Assembly (NCBI GenBank): GCA_964057225.1
Contig: OZ059894.1
Coordinates: forward strand, 7,564,001-7,628,000
From: Auanema rhodensis
Taxonomy: Eukaryota; Animalia; Nematoda
DNA length: 64,000 bases
Direction: 5' to 3'
Position 1 is the stretch's first letter. Each line of letters begins with the position of its first letter. The position numbers were made by a program, and so were the translations under genes. The notes under the pieces are model-generated. The model made no database searches and was not told the origin of the DNA. It saw nothing but the letters and a program-made list of their open reading frames with translations. Below are positions 8,956 through 19,186 of the stretch, in pieces.

Positions 8956-11900
8956 ATGACGGAGACACCACGTCTTCCGGGAGCTGGTAAATCTACCATT
9001 GCGCACGCATTAAGCTCACCTTATTGCCCCATATACGACGGAAGTCGTAACTTTAGAGATTTCGTGGCAAAGTTTAATACCTTTTCTAACGCCTTAGGCT
9101 TAGTGATGCCCGAAAGACTAACTATTTTACCATTACTATTAAAAAATGATAGAGCAGAGGAAGCTTATTTAGAGCTACCTGACAAGGTCAGAACAGCTGG
9201 ACCTTGGGTTACCCTAATAGAAGAGTTAACATCCAAGCTGTGTCCCGAATACAATCAAGACCCTGCCCTTATCACACTTCAAAACAGCACTCAAGGCGAT
9301 TTATCAATTGATGGTTTTGCACAAACGTTAAGAAACCTCAGCTTAAATGCTTTCTCTAATAGTGATACTCATAAAGATCACATTCTGAGGTCCACATTTT
9401 TGAGAGGCTTGAAAAATACGATACGCCCAGGGGTAATTCGAGCAAAACCCAAAACTTTTGCTGAGGCTGTTGATAGTGCTCGCTGGGAGGAATCAATTGC
9501 AAACCAAGTAGCAGACCCTCAGGCGCTATTGGTTAACGCAATTGAAAGAAATTTCCCCCCGCGCAGAAACAATGGTGGGAGAGGTATGGCAAGAGGTTAT
9601 CAATCTTTTAATAATAAAAATTATCAAAATTATAATAATTATAACAATTATCATCCAAACTTTCAAAACAATCAAAATTATCATAAATTTTCAAAAAATC
9701 AAAAAGGCTGGAATTTCCAAAACCCATTTGCTAGGAACCGCAATTTTGGTGACCGCGGTCGAAATTATCAGAATCAAAATCAAAATGGGTATCAAAGAAG
9801 CCACAATGCATCACAAAATCAAGAAATGAGCAATAATAGACAGAGAAATAACAGTACCTTTAGGGGAAATAACAACAATAGAGGCAGAGGTAGAGGCTCA
9901 AGAGTCAATAATTTGACTCTGATATCTCCTTTGACTTTAGCCGTAGCTTTATCAGTAATCTTATCACTGGTTACAACAGCTGAAGCATACCAGCTATGTA
10001 CTAAAGCTACTGGAGGAGCCCTTCTCCGTCCCCCATCTCTCCGAAAATGCTTATTACCACCAATAAAGCATATCTTACGAACAAAAGTTCATCTTTATAC
10101 AAGGAATCAAACGGCACATGAATGGGATGCATGGAGATGCTCCAAAGAAATTCATAAAATGTGTATCAGAGACCTTTTGTTCCTTAGAGATACCAATACA
10201 ACGATAGCGAGAATTGAAAAGATACCAGCTGCAGAATGCAGACTGGCAGTGAGAGATAGAAGATGGAATTGGAGTGAATTAAAGAAGATCGACAGCATAA
10301 CATATGCAACTGACGAGCCTTCCTTCTCGCCAGGCCGATCTTTTAATAATGAACTATGTGAAGAGAAAGCCAGATTGGTTATCGAAAGAGGGGTTATGAC
10401 ACGGATGCCAGATGAAACTATAATCTCCAATTTACTACTAAATACTGAAGGATGCTTAGCGCATCATGGAGAATGTGCATCAGATACCTCAATCATCATA
10501 TGGGAGAAACAGCCTTATGAATATCGATGCAACTATATCGACATGAGTGAATATGATGTGATAATTGGAGACGGCATTATTCTGTTACCAACCACTCAAT
10601 CAGCCCTTGTAATCGATCAAAAAGAGATACCGAAGCAAATATCTTCTTGTTTTAAACAGCCAATCTTCCACACCACAACTGGCAATTACATTCTCTTACC
10701 ACAGTACCCAAATGACACCAATATCCATGTTTTAATAGAGAGAGAATATAAGAAACTTCCGGCGAAAAGAGATAAAAGAGCAATTGCGGAATGCACGGTT
10801 GAATTAAACAAGGAGTGGATACAAAAACAGGAAGATTTTGAAACTTTAATATTAAATATTTGTCCTTATCCTTTCTTACGACCGGTGATGAGTAATCCTG
10901 GTATTTATCAGATAATACCGCTTATAAAGGCCAGACGAGCTGTCAACCCTTCATATTCAATTATTGATTGGGTTTCAGCACATCCCGAGAAGTTTTATTT
11001 CTTCTTAAGAAGTCCCGTATCTGATAAATCCATACAACGTTTCCTTCAAACATACGAAATACACGACCCTGAGGAAGCAATACTTTATTTTCTTGCGCAA
11101 AAGGAACTGGCAGCAACCACTCGCGGCGCTATACGGTATTTAACCTCAAAACAATTATTAGAACAGATAGGTGACAGATTAACAGCACACGAATTTGACG
11201 AAAAACTACTAGAAAAGGACGGATCCTACCGCGAAAGAGCCGAAAGCATAGCGATGGAGCTAGCTTATACACCGGTAATATTTGAAAACAATCTGTCGGT
11301 ACCATCAAGGCAAGAGGTTTTAAAATCCTTTGTGAACATGCCGCCTATCCGACCAACTTTAACAACTGACAATGCTGATGAGCGTATAGTACTTAGAAAT
11401 ACACTTTACTTATACCATAACTTGATGACATTGCGAGTAATAAGGCCAAATAAAACAGCAGCAGCCGTAGATGATGAAAAGTTCCGACAATTAACAATCA
11501 ATGTGCCAGATACCAACAAACTATATCGAGATAAAGATTCTAACTACGGTATATCGATGGGCCCCCACCCTCGCATTCAAACCCCAAGCGCGGATACACG
11601 CCAGCTACTTATAAAAACATTTTTACCACTGTTAGAGGATATTGAAACACCGCCTTATCTGACTAAAAGACTGTCATTAACGACAACAACGGACAAACCC
11701 GCTTCACTAGTTCAGGAGACAACTATAAGCTATACGACTCGGATTCCGACGACAACCATAGTTGACACGACAACAGCCGTGATAACTACGACTCTCTCGC
11801 CAACAACATTAGCAACAGTCACTGACACGGCGTCACGAACCTTAAGGAAACAAAGAACATCATCTCCACCCGTAGAAACCAGAGAAATTCAGGCTCAGGC

Positions 11901-13001
11901 AACGTATACAGCGTCAAAAGTGAACAACGAAATACAATTCAACCTCAACGTATCTCGCAGAATAGCTCAAGATCATCTACAATATACAACAACACTCATA
12001 CAAGAAGAGCTACAGAAACATTTTATGGAATCTTATGAATCCATATGTGAGATTCAAAATAGATACCTCGAGCTATGGCGTTCTATTTTACACATAGAAC
12101 CCACAATAGCAATGAGGACTATTTTAGGAAGAGAGGATATTGCAGCCCGTTTCGTAGGCAGCGATATAGTTCATGTTCATATATGCTTATCTCTTCAACC
12201 TAAAGCTGTTTATCATAATCATAAGATCAATGATACATGCTATTTGGAAACACCAGTAATAACAGAAGATGAGAGATTATATTTTGCTGCTCCAGGATCA
12301 ACAGACTTATTAACACATGGAAAAGAGATAGATTGCGAACATGTACCAACAGATGTGTACTATCAAAATGGAGAATGGATAAATATAAATGGATCGGTTG
12401 AAGTAAAACCAATATCACTCTTTGATAAAGCGCAATACCACCAATTAACACCTTTAAAGTTCACAGGCGCTAACTTATACACCAATTTATCATTGAGAGT
12501 TTACTCAATGTCAACAGCTATTGCATATGGAGCAAGTTTAGCATCCATACGACAGAACCATGTTTTACATACTATTCACAACGATCCAAAGATTACGTCA
12601 GCCTTTAATCTTTTGAAAAAGGGCAGTGACTATATCTCTAAAGCAGCTGAGTTCACAACTTCCGCCTGGACTAGCGTAAAACAATTTCTAATAGGTTCAA
12701 TTGAGAGAACACTCATCTTCATAGGATCAATAGTCACGATTGCCGCAGTATTAATAATTCTTTTCGTTGTTGCTAAATTTTGGTTCTTCAGAGCCACTCC
12801 ACTAACCGTAATGCATGTCCACGAAATAGATAATGAGCCCCCAAGCTATGAAGAAACATTGGAACTTGTAAGCCGCCCAGACCAACAGATGCCAGATAAC
12901 ATCATGAAGCAATACTATCCTGCTTTAGTAACATTTATTCCAATCGCAATACCATTTGTTGCTTCTATTGCATCAGCGGAAACAAAGTTACCATTAATAT
13001 A
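8956..13001 (+). CDS. gag-env: Gag-Env part of the polyprotein: capsid-like Gag, N/Q/RG-rich region, internal signal peptide, gB-like class III fusion glycoprotein, TM and tail; interrupted by the maT insertion
   Basis: Gag motifs YDGSRNFRDF, QGDLSIDGF, FLRGL, PKTFAEAV; hydrophobic signal 9913-9987 ending AEA; Cys-rich ectodomain; RDKR furin site 10768-10779; gB-like LQY...CEIQN...LW...P...G...A...G.D...C...CY..P; TM 12712-12780; PPSY 12838-12849. Confidence 0.88.
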
Positions 13002-14304
13002 CAGGGTGGCCCATAAGTATTGAGACACATTCAAAAAGTCATAAATGAAACAAAAAATAACCAAATCCTAAATAATTTACTAGTAATGTACATTGTTCAT
13101 TTGTTCAACTATTTATCAAGAAATTGCTCAAAATGTCCTCCTTTTGCTTTCTTACAGGCTTCGAGTCTTGTTCGCACTGAGTGTACCGTGGCTCGCAGGT
13201 ATTCCTCGTCTAGAGAGTCCCATGCTTTCTTCAAATCACGTTTGAGAGTTTCCAAATTTTGGGAGGACTTAGCTGATAATTTGTGTTCCAACACACTCCA
13301 TACTGAAAAATCCATAGGGTTCAGATCTGGCGAATTGCTGGGCCAGATATCTTTGCCCCAGAATCCTGGTAAAATCCTCGAACAGAGCTCAATTGTGCTT
13401 TTTGCACCATGGGCTGGTGCCCAATCTTGCTGAAGGGTGATGCTACTGTCTGAATGTTGCTCTTGGGTCCACGGTAAAACCACTTCTTGTAGAATCTTCT
13501 CCTGATAGTATTTTGCGTTGATCTTGCATCCTTTTTCGACAAAGACGAGTGGTGTTTTCCCTGTCGATGTTATTCCTCCCCACACCATTATGCTCTGTGG
13601 GTAATGGCTTCTTTCTGCTATCCTCCTTTTAGCAGAGTACTTTTCTCCAGTGTGGAGCAATTGACGGCTGTTCTGTCGATTGGGCTTGGGCTCCACAGTA
13701 AAAATCTTCTCGTCTGTCCATAAAACGGCATCGATGCGAGCCCCCTCTAAATTCTGAAGTAAAACATTACATTTTTCAAGTCGATTTTTCTTCATTTGTT
13801 CTGTCAGCCTGTGTCCTCTTAGAATACGATAAGAATGAAAACCTAAATCGTTTTTTACGATCCGCTGAACCGTTGATCGAGATAATTCCATCTGTGAAGC
13901 AATTTTATTCAGGCTTACACTATCGTTCCTAGCTATTCTGCATCTGATAGCTTTTCGTGTACGCGGAGTATTCACTGTTCTGGGTCTTCCAGGTTTTGAT
14001 TTAACCTCAATGTGACCTTGATCTCTAAACTGTTTTAAAACTCTGTAAACAGAGCTTCGTGGTATTTGGAGACTTCTAACAATTTCCATCGGCTTGAGTC
14101 CCTGTTCGAAAAGATGAACGATGGAGGCACGATGTACTGAAGGCTTCATAACTTTTTCTAAATATAATCACAAAAGCTGTCAATGTGCTCAAAAAGTCTC
14201 CTTATATACCCGAGCCTAAAAGTTTTGTGAACATGTTTTTTTGACCTAGTTTTTTTTTTAAAAAAATTATTTGAATTTTGTCTCAATACTTATGGGCCAC
14301 CCTG
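13002..14304 (-). mobile_element. Tc1/mariner-superfamily DNA transposon, DD37D (maT) family, nested in element B
   Basis: Perfect 26-bp TIRs CAGGGTGGCCCATAAGTATTGAGACA at 13002-13027 and 14279-14304, flanked by TA(TA). Confidence 0.96.
13109..14149 (-). CDS. DD37D (maT) transposase, intact, 346 aa
   Basis: N-terminal HTH with a PGRP motif; WTDEK, QQDWAPAH and SPDLNPMD, with 37 residues between the second and third Asp. Confidence 0.96.
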   Translation of the reverse strand: MKPSVHRASIVHLFEQGLKPMEIVRSLQIPRSSVYRVLKQFRDQGHIEVKSKPGRPRTVNTPRTRKAIRCRIARNDSVSLNKIASQMELSRSTVQRIVKNDLGFHSYRILRGHRLTEQMKKNRLEKCNVLLQNLEGARIDAVLWTDEKIFTVEPKPNRQNSRQLLHTGEKYSAKRRIAERSHYPQSIMVWGGITSTGKTPLVFVEKGCKINAKYYQEKILQEVVLPWTQEQHSDSSITLQQDWAPAHGAKSTIELCSRILPGFWGKDIWPSNSPDLNPMDFSVWSVLEHKLSAKSSQNLETLKRDLKKAWDSLDEEYLRATVHSVRTRLEACKKAKGGHFEQFLDK

Positions 14305-14306
14305 TA

Positions 14307-17300
14307 TATATATCAGTTGAAGATAAACTGATTTTAGCTTTATGGGATTCAGGCTCATCAGTGTCATATGTTAGGCTCTCCACCCTCAAATATCTGAACA
14401 TGGCCGAAAATGTCAAGAAGAGACATTTAGTAGCGATGGCAGCCAACAAGTCCACTTTCACATTTTATGGAAAGATAAATCTTGTAATTGAAATTGCCGG
14501 CTACGAGATCGAACACACCTTTTTGGTCTCAAACGATCGTGACTGTCCTGCTCCTGCTTTGATTGGACTAGATTTCATGAAAGCGCTTGACAGCGAAAAC
14601 ATCGACGTCAGCCTTAAACCATCCAAGAAGAGGTTGGAGATTGGAAACAATGCCATCCCATTAATAGGAAACGAATCTATTAAGCATACGGAGATAACTG
14701 TGAATATCATTAATTTAAGAACAAAAACATTAAAGCCTGATGAAGAGGCACCTATCCCAATAAAGACAGATAAACCACTAGAATCTAACGAAGTGGTTGT
14801 CTTAGGGGATAGTGGAAGCGCATTAAAATCATTATATCCAACTGCGTTTCGTGATACCAGTGGAGTATATGTTATGTTCCGTAACAATACCGATGAAACA
14901 ATAGCTATGGAAGCTAATTCAGTCATCGGACAGGCAATAATTGGAGAAATTCCGGCTTGTGAACCCTTTAAGCATAAGCCGATTCTACCATATGTTCCGC
15001 CAGAAGCCGATTGGGAGAGTAAACTACCATATTTTCCAAGAGACTTCATAAAAGATCTTGATCTAGAGAATGCTGATCTCACGAAAGAAGAAAAACATGA
15101 GCTTACAAAAATAATTGAAAGCCATCGTGAGGCATTTCTTAACGAGGACAGGAAAATAGGCTTATTTAAAGGTCCTATAGAGCATACCATACCATTGAGA
15201 ACAGATATGGATATGCCAAAGCCGAGAATAACACGTATTCCCTTAGGAAAACAGGAAGAAATTGAAAAGCAAGTCAAAGAAATGCTTGAGCAAGGCATAA
15301 TAGAGCCTTCTACATCTCTATTTAATAGCCCTGTAGTACTAGTTAAGAAGAAAGATGACACGTATAGGTTTGTGACAGATTTTCGAGCTTTAAATAATGT
15401 CACACGCAAGCAAACTTATGTCATTCCAAGCATTTCTGACATAGTTGATTTGGCAGCAGGCGCCCAATTTTTCTCAAACTTCGATTTAGTGTCAGGATTT
15501 TTTCAATTATCCTTGAGAAAATCAGATCGACCACTAACAGCATTTACGACCACATCCGGCACATACCAGTACAAACGGATGCCGATGGGCCTTTGTGGAG
15601 CCCCTCATACCTTTCAAACAGCAGTAAGGTATTTGCAAAGTAAATGTTCTTGTAAACTATTTGTTTACTTGGACGATCTATTAGTTATATCTGATACAAG
15701 AGAACAACATCTCAAAGATATCGATGATTTACTGCAAGCAGTAGAAGAATTGGGAATGAAGATAAAGCTTAAGAAATGCGCTTTTACTCAACCAGAAGTG
15801 AAATTTCTAGGACTTATTGTAGGACGTCAAGGTATAAAACCTGACCCTCAAAAAGTCGCCGCCATGCAAGATTATCCGGCACCAAAGAATGCAACAGGTG
15901 TACGAGCATTCTTGGGAATGGTTGGATTCTTTCGCAAATTCATGAAAGATTTTGCACGTATCGCAAGCCCTTTATACGATCTGACAAAGGCAGATACTGA
16001 ATTCAAATGGGAAAACAAACATCAAGAAGCTTTAGACCTCCTTAAAAGAAGTTTAATACAGGCACCCGTTTTAAGCCCACCTAAATCGGACCGTTTGTTT
16101 ATAGTTGAAAGCGACGGTAGTAACATCGCCATAGGTGCTGTATTATTACAACCGGAAGATCCAAAACAACCTCTGAAAAATCTACACCCTATCGCATTTG
16201 CAAGCAGAAAACTAGTTAAAGCCGAACGTAACTACGCACCAATCGAGATAGAAGCATTAGGCCTTGTATATGCATTAAATCAATTCCGTACATACATTCT
16301 TGGAACTCATACTATATGTATTACGGACCATCGACCTCTTACCAGCTTAATGACACGCAGAGACTTATTTGGTCGTCTTGCGAAGTTCCAGCTGGTCATC
16401 CAAGAATATGATATTGAAATAAAATATCGCGCAGGCCAATTAAATAAAGTATGCGATGCTCTATCTCGATATATAGGTGAAGAAGCTAACGATGCTAAGC
16501 CGGAAACAAAGAAGAAGAAAATGGAAGAAATTCACATTAACGCCATAAATACACCAACAATAAAGGAAATTCAACTAAGCACCCCTTGGATTAAACGGAC
16601 GATAGCGGAGATTGAATATAGAGCACAAAAGAACATGACAGCTAATGACAGATATTGTGTCATAAATGACTTGCTCTATACAAAACCAACAGACAAAAAG
16701 CCACAACCCGCTATCGTAATACCACAAGAACACCCCATAATTGAGGAAATAATCAAAGTTTTTCATGAGGATCCTACAATTGCAGCACATCAAGGAATTA
16801 TTAAAACAAAAGAAGCAATTCTAAGAAGATTCTATTGGACAAATATGCAGAACGACATTACTATATTCATCAAGAACTGCATTAAATGTGCTCAAAGAAA
16901 AAAAGATCCACATTCCATGACGGTACAACCAATAGGTCATTTTGAGATACCAAGCAAGCCATTTGAACGAGTCCACATGGACGTAATGGGACCATTTCCC
17001 CCTTCAAAAAGAAACTGTACCTACGTCATTACCATGCAAGACGCATTTACAAAATGGTCAACAACAATTGCTGTACCACAAATAACAACGGAAATCACAA
17101 TTGACCGATTTCTACGACTTTTCGTTTACATTTTTGGACCACCCCATCGCTTGATCACCGATAGAGGTTCGAACTTTGTATCTAAAAAGTTCGAAGAAAT
17201 GTGTACTAAACTTGGAATCAAACATGAACCAACACTACCACACCAAAAGAACTCAAATGGACAAGTGGAAAGACTTCACAGAACCCTCGAAGAAGGATTA

Positions 17301-17969
17301 ACCCACTACTTAAAAGAGGACCTTAGTGACTGGGATACTGTATTACCAAAAATCACTTTTGCTATTAACAATATTCAGCACGCGACTACAGGGATTGCGC
17401 CATACATTGCATTATTCGGTAAAGAATGCAGAATGTCAATGGACGCTGAATTACCAGAAACGATCACCAAAATTCAAGAAATTTCTGAAGAATTACTCCA
17501 AAGAAGACCAGATATGGACAAGAGAGACGAAATAATAAAGAACCGCATAGCTAAAAATCAAGAAAATGCGAAAAAGAAGAAAGATAGAACGCAAAGAGCA
17601 CACCATAGAGACATTCAACCGGGCGACATGGTGATGACGACTATAAAATCGCACCAAATCGGCCAAAAGCTTCGGAAAAGCTATGATGGACCATACGAAG
17701 TCATCAACGTAGAAGGATCAAAAGTTCAAATCAGAAATTCATCAGGAAAACTACAAGATATCCACAAAGATAACTTGAAAATCTTCTCTCCTGCTTCACA
17801 AAACATCTCTTACAACACTCGCGCAAGGTTTCGAGAAAGTCAAGCAGAAGAAGATAGCGACATCGAAATAATAGAAGTGATCAACAGGAACAACAAGGAT
17901 AGCATAGATACAGAGCCAGAAGATGAAAATGAAGACGAAATATGGCTTCCGAGGAATGAAGAAGAATAA
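14307..17969 (+). CDS. pol: Pol part of the polyprotein: aspartic protease, reverse transcriptase, RNase H, integrase
   Basis: ALWDSGS; RMPMGL and YLDD; ESDGS...IGAVL; HHCC zinc finger; D-D-E (VHMD, ITDRGSNF, QVER); GPY motif; acidic tail. The first 12 residues of the computed ORF come from the transposon end. Confidence 0.96.
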   Translation, partial: YISVEDKLILALWDSGSSVSYVRLSTLKYLNMAENVKKRHLVAMAANKSTFTFYGKINLVIEIAGYEIEHTFLVSNDRDCPAPALIGLDFMKALDSENIDVSLKPSKKRLEIGNNAIPLIGNESIKHTEITVNIINLRTKTLKPDEEAPIPIKTDKPLESNEVVVLGDSGSALKSLYPTAFRDTSGVYVMFRNNTDETIAMEANSVIGQAIIGEIPACEPFKHKPILPYVPPEADWESKLPYFPRDFIKDLDLENADLTKEEKHELTKIIESHREAFLNEDRKIGLFKGPIEHTIPLRTDMDMPKPRITRIPLGKQEEIEKQVKEMLEQGIIEPSTSLFNSPVVLVKKKDDTYRFVTDFRALNNVTRKQTYVIPSISDIVDLAAGAQFFSNFDLVSGFFQLSLRKSDRPLTAFTTTSGTYQYKRMPMGLCGAPHTFQTAVRYLQSKCSCKLFVYLDDLLVISDTREQHLKDIDDLLQAVEELGMKIKLKKCAFTQPEVKFLGLIVGRQGIKPDPQKVAAMQDYPAPKNATGVRAFLGMVGFFRKFMKDFARIASPLYDLTKADTEFKWENKHQEALDLLKRSLIQAPVLSPPKSDRLFIVESDGSNIAIGAVLLQPEDPKQPLKNLHPIAFASRKLVKAERNYAPIEIEALGLVYALNQFRTYILGTHTICITDHRPLTSLMTRRDLFGRLAKFQLVIQEYDIEIKYRAGQLNKVCDALSRYIGEEANDAKPETKKKKMEEIHINAINTPTIKEIQLSTPWIKRTIAEIEYRAQKNMTANDRYCVINDLLYTKPTDKKPQPAIVIPQEHPIIEEIIKVFHEDPTIAAHQGIIKTKEAILRRFYWTNMQNDITIFIKNCIKCAQRKKDPHSMTVQPIGHFEIPSKPFERVHMDVMGPFPPSKRNCTYVITMQDAFTKWSTTIAVPQITTEITIDRFLRLFVYIFGPPHRLITDRGSNFVSKKFEEMCTKLGIKHEPTLPHQKNSNGQVERLHRTLEEGLTHYLKEDLSDWDTVLPKITFAINNIQHATTGIAPYIALFGKECRMSMDAELPETITKIQEISEELLQRRPDMDKRDEIIKNRIAKNQENAKKKKDRTQRAHHRDIQPGDMVMTTIKSHQIGQKLRKSYDGPYEVINVEGSKVQIRNSSGKLQDIHKDNLKIFSPASQNISYNTRARFRESQAEEDSDIEIIEVINRNNKDSIDTEPEDENEDEIWLPRNEEE

Positions 17970-18658
17970 CAACAAGATAATGCTACGTTATTTAAATTAT
18001 TGTAACAAAATAACGATGAATTAGAAAAAAAAAAAATTAATGTTAAATAACATTCAAAATAAAAATAGCATTTAATAGAGATTGAGAAAGGAAAAATAAG
18101 GCAAATTCTAAACGAGGAGATGTTATGACTAATGGTTCCAAGTTACCGTAATCCTATGCGGACTAGAGGACATTTTGACAACCATCCGAGCTCCATGTGC
18201 CTCTCCAAATAAGATGAGATAAACACTGGTAGGCGTATCAACCACAATTTCATCTTAAGTGGTAGTCTCCATTAGTAATCAAGGATTCACTCTGGGAGAC
18301 ATATGGAGACACATTATTAAATCATAATCTCGGTTCAATTTAGAAATGAGTACTTCTTGAGACCATTAGTCAAAATAATAACATATTCCCATTCATTACT
18401 AGCCCCTTATTCTACAATCTCTATTAGGAAATGCTTGAATATTAAGATAATTAATTTATGAAATTAATAATATTCTAATTCATCGTCACTTCATATTATA
18501 TTGAACCCTTCTTATAAATTATTGTAATTTTGTTTGTATACTAACTAAAACTCTATCATACTATAGTTATTGTGAAGCTAAAACAATTGAACTCTAAAAC
18601 TCAGTTACATATAAGCCCAAATTTTTGTTTAAAATATCGCGAGGTCGCGACAATCTTT

Positions 18659-18667
18659 GAAAAAGGG
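18659..18667 (+). promoter_or_regulatory. Polypurine tract
   Basis: GAAAAAGGG followed by CA and then the 3' LTR; identical in element A (1670-1680, minus strand). Confidence 0.8.
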
Positions 18668-18669
18668 CA

Positions 18670-19035
18670 CGTTCCATTCGGAGACTCTATATATGTAACT
18701 GCAGGGTTAGAGCCAGACCGACTAGAGGAATGAGGAATGGCACCGCCTTCCCTCATGCCCCTATTCGGGAGTTCGCCCCTTTGCAAGCCCATGGACGGTT
18801 TGCATCTAACTTAGTTAATCTTATATATTAGTCTTTGTCTTGTAAATGTAGTTTACTTTATACTTGTGTTATTGTATTGTAATGATATTGTATTGTGTAT
18901 AATAAACCTATATATTTCCTTATCTTATGTAATCCTTATGCTCTGTTTCCATACCGCTACACTTATGGAATACTATACGCGTAGTTGAGCAGACTACAAT
19001 GGTCTGTTCAATATACGTAGGAGCATAATGGAACG
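18670..19035 (+). repeat. 3' LTR of element B
   Basis: No difference from the 5' LTR seen by eye, implying a recent insertion. Confidence 0.96.
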
Positions 19036-19186
19036 GTTTTGATAATGCTTTCAGCTTCGGAACTTCTCTCACATCCTTTCTTTGGATATATTGTGATAAA
19101 AAGCTCCAAGCTTATAATTACGTTGTTTGGATGCATAAGGGATAGACGGCGGATCTCTTGTGAGATGATATTCTGGGAGAAAATGT

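Larger units (their letters stand above)
6285..19035 (+). mobile_element. Element B: env-bearing Ty3/gypsy (Metaviridae) LTR retrotransposon / endogenous retrovirus, 12.75 kb including a nested 1.3-kb transposon
   Basis: 366-bp LTRs that appear identical; TSD GTTT at 6281-6284 and 19036-19039; PBS; PPT; Gag; gB-like glycoprotein; PR-RT-RH-IN domain order. Confidence 0.97.

Noticed and set aside
13020-13542. Short ORFs overlapping the transposase
   Set aside because: Alternative frames of the maT transposase region.
14501-15409. 302-aa antisense ORF in pol
   Set aside because: Shadow of the pol frame with no recognisable motifs.
6285-19035. Reading CGTTCC/GGAACG as DNA-transposon TIRs
   Set aside because: They bound each long direct repeat, and PBS, PPT, RT and integrase show an LTR element.
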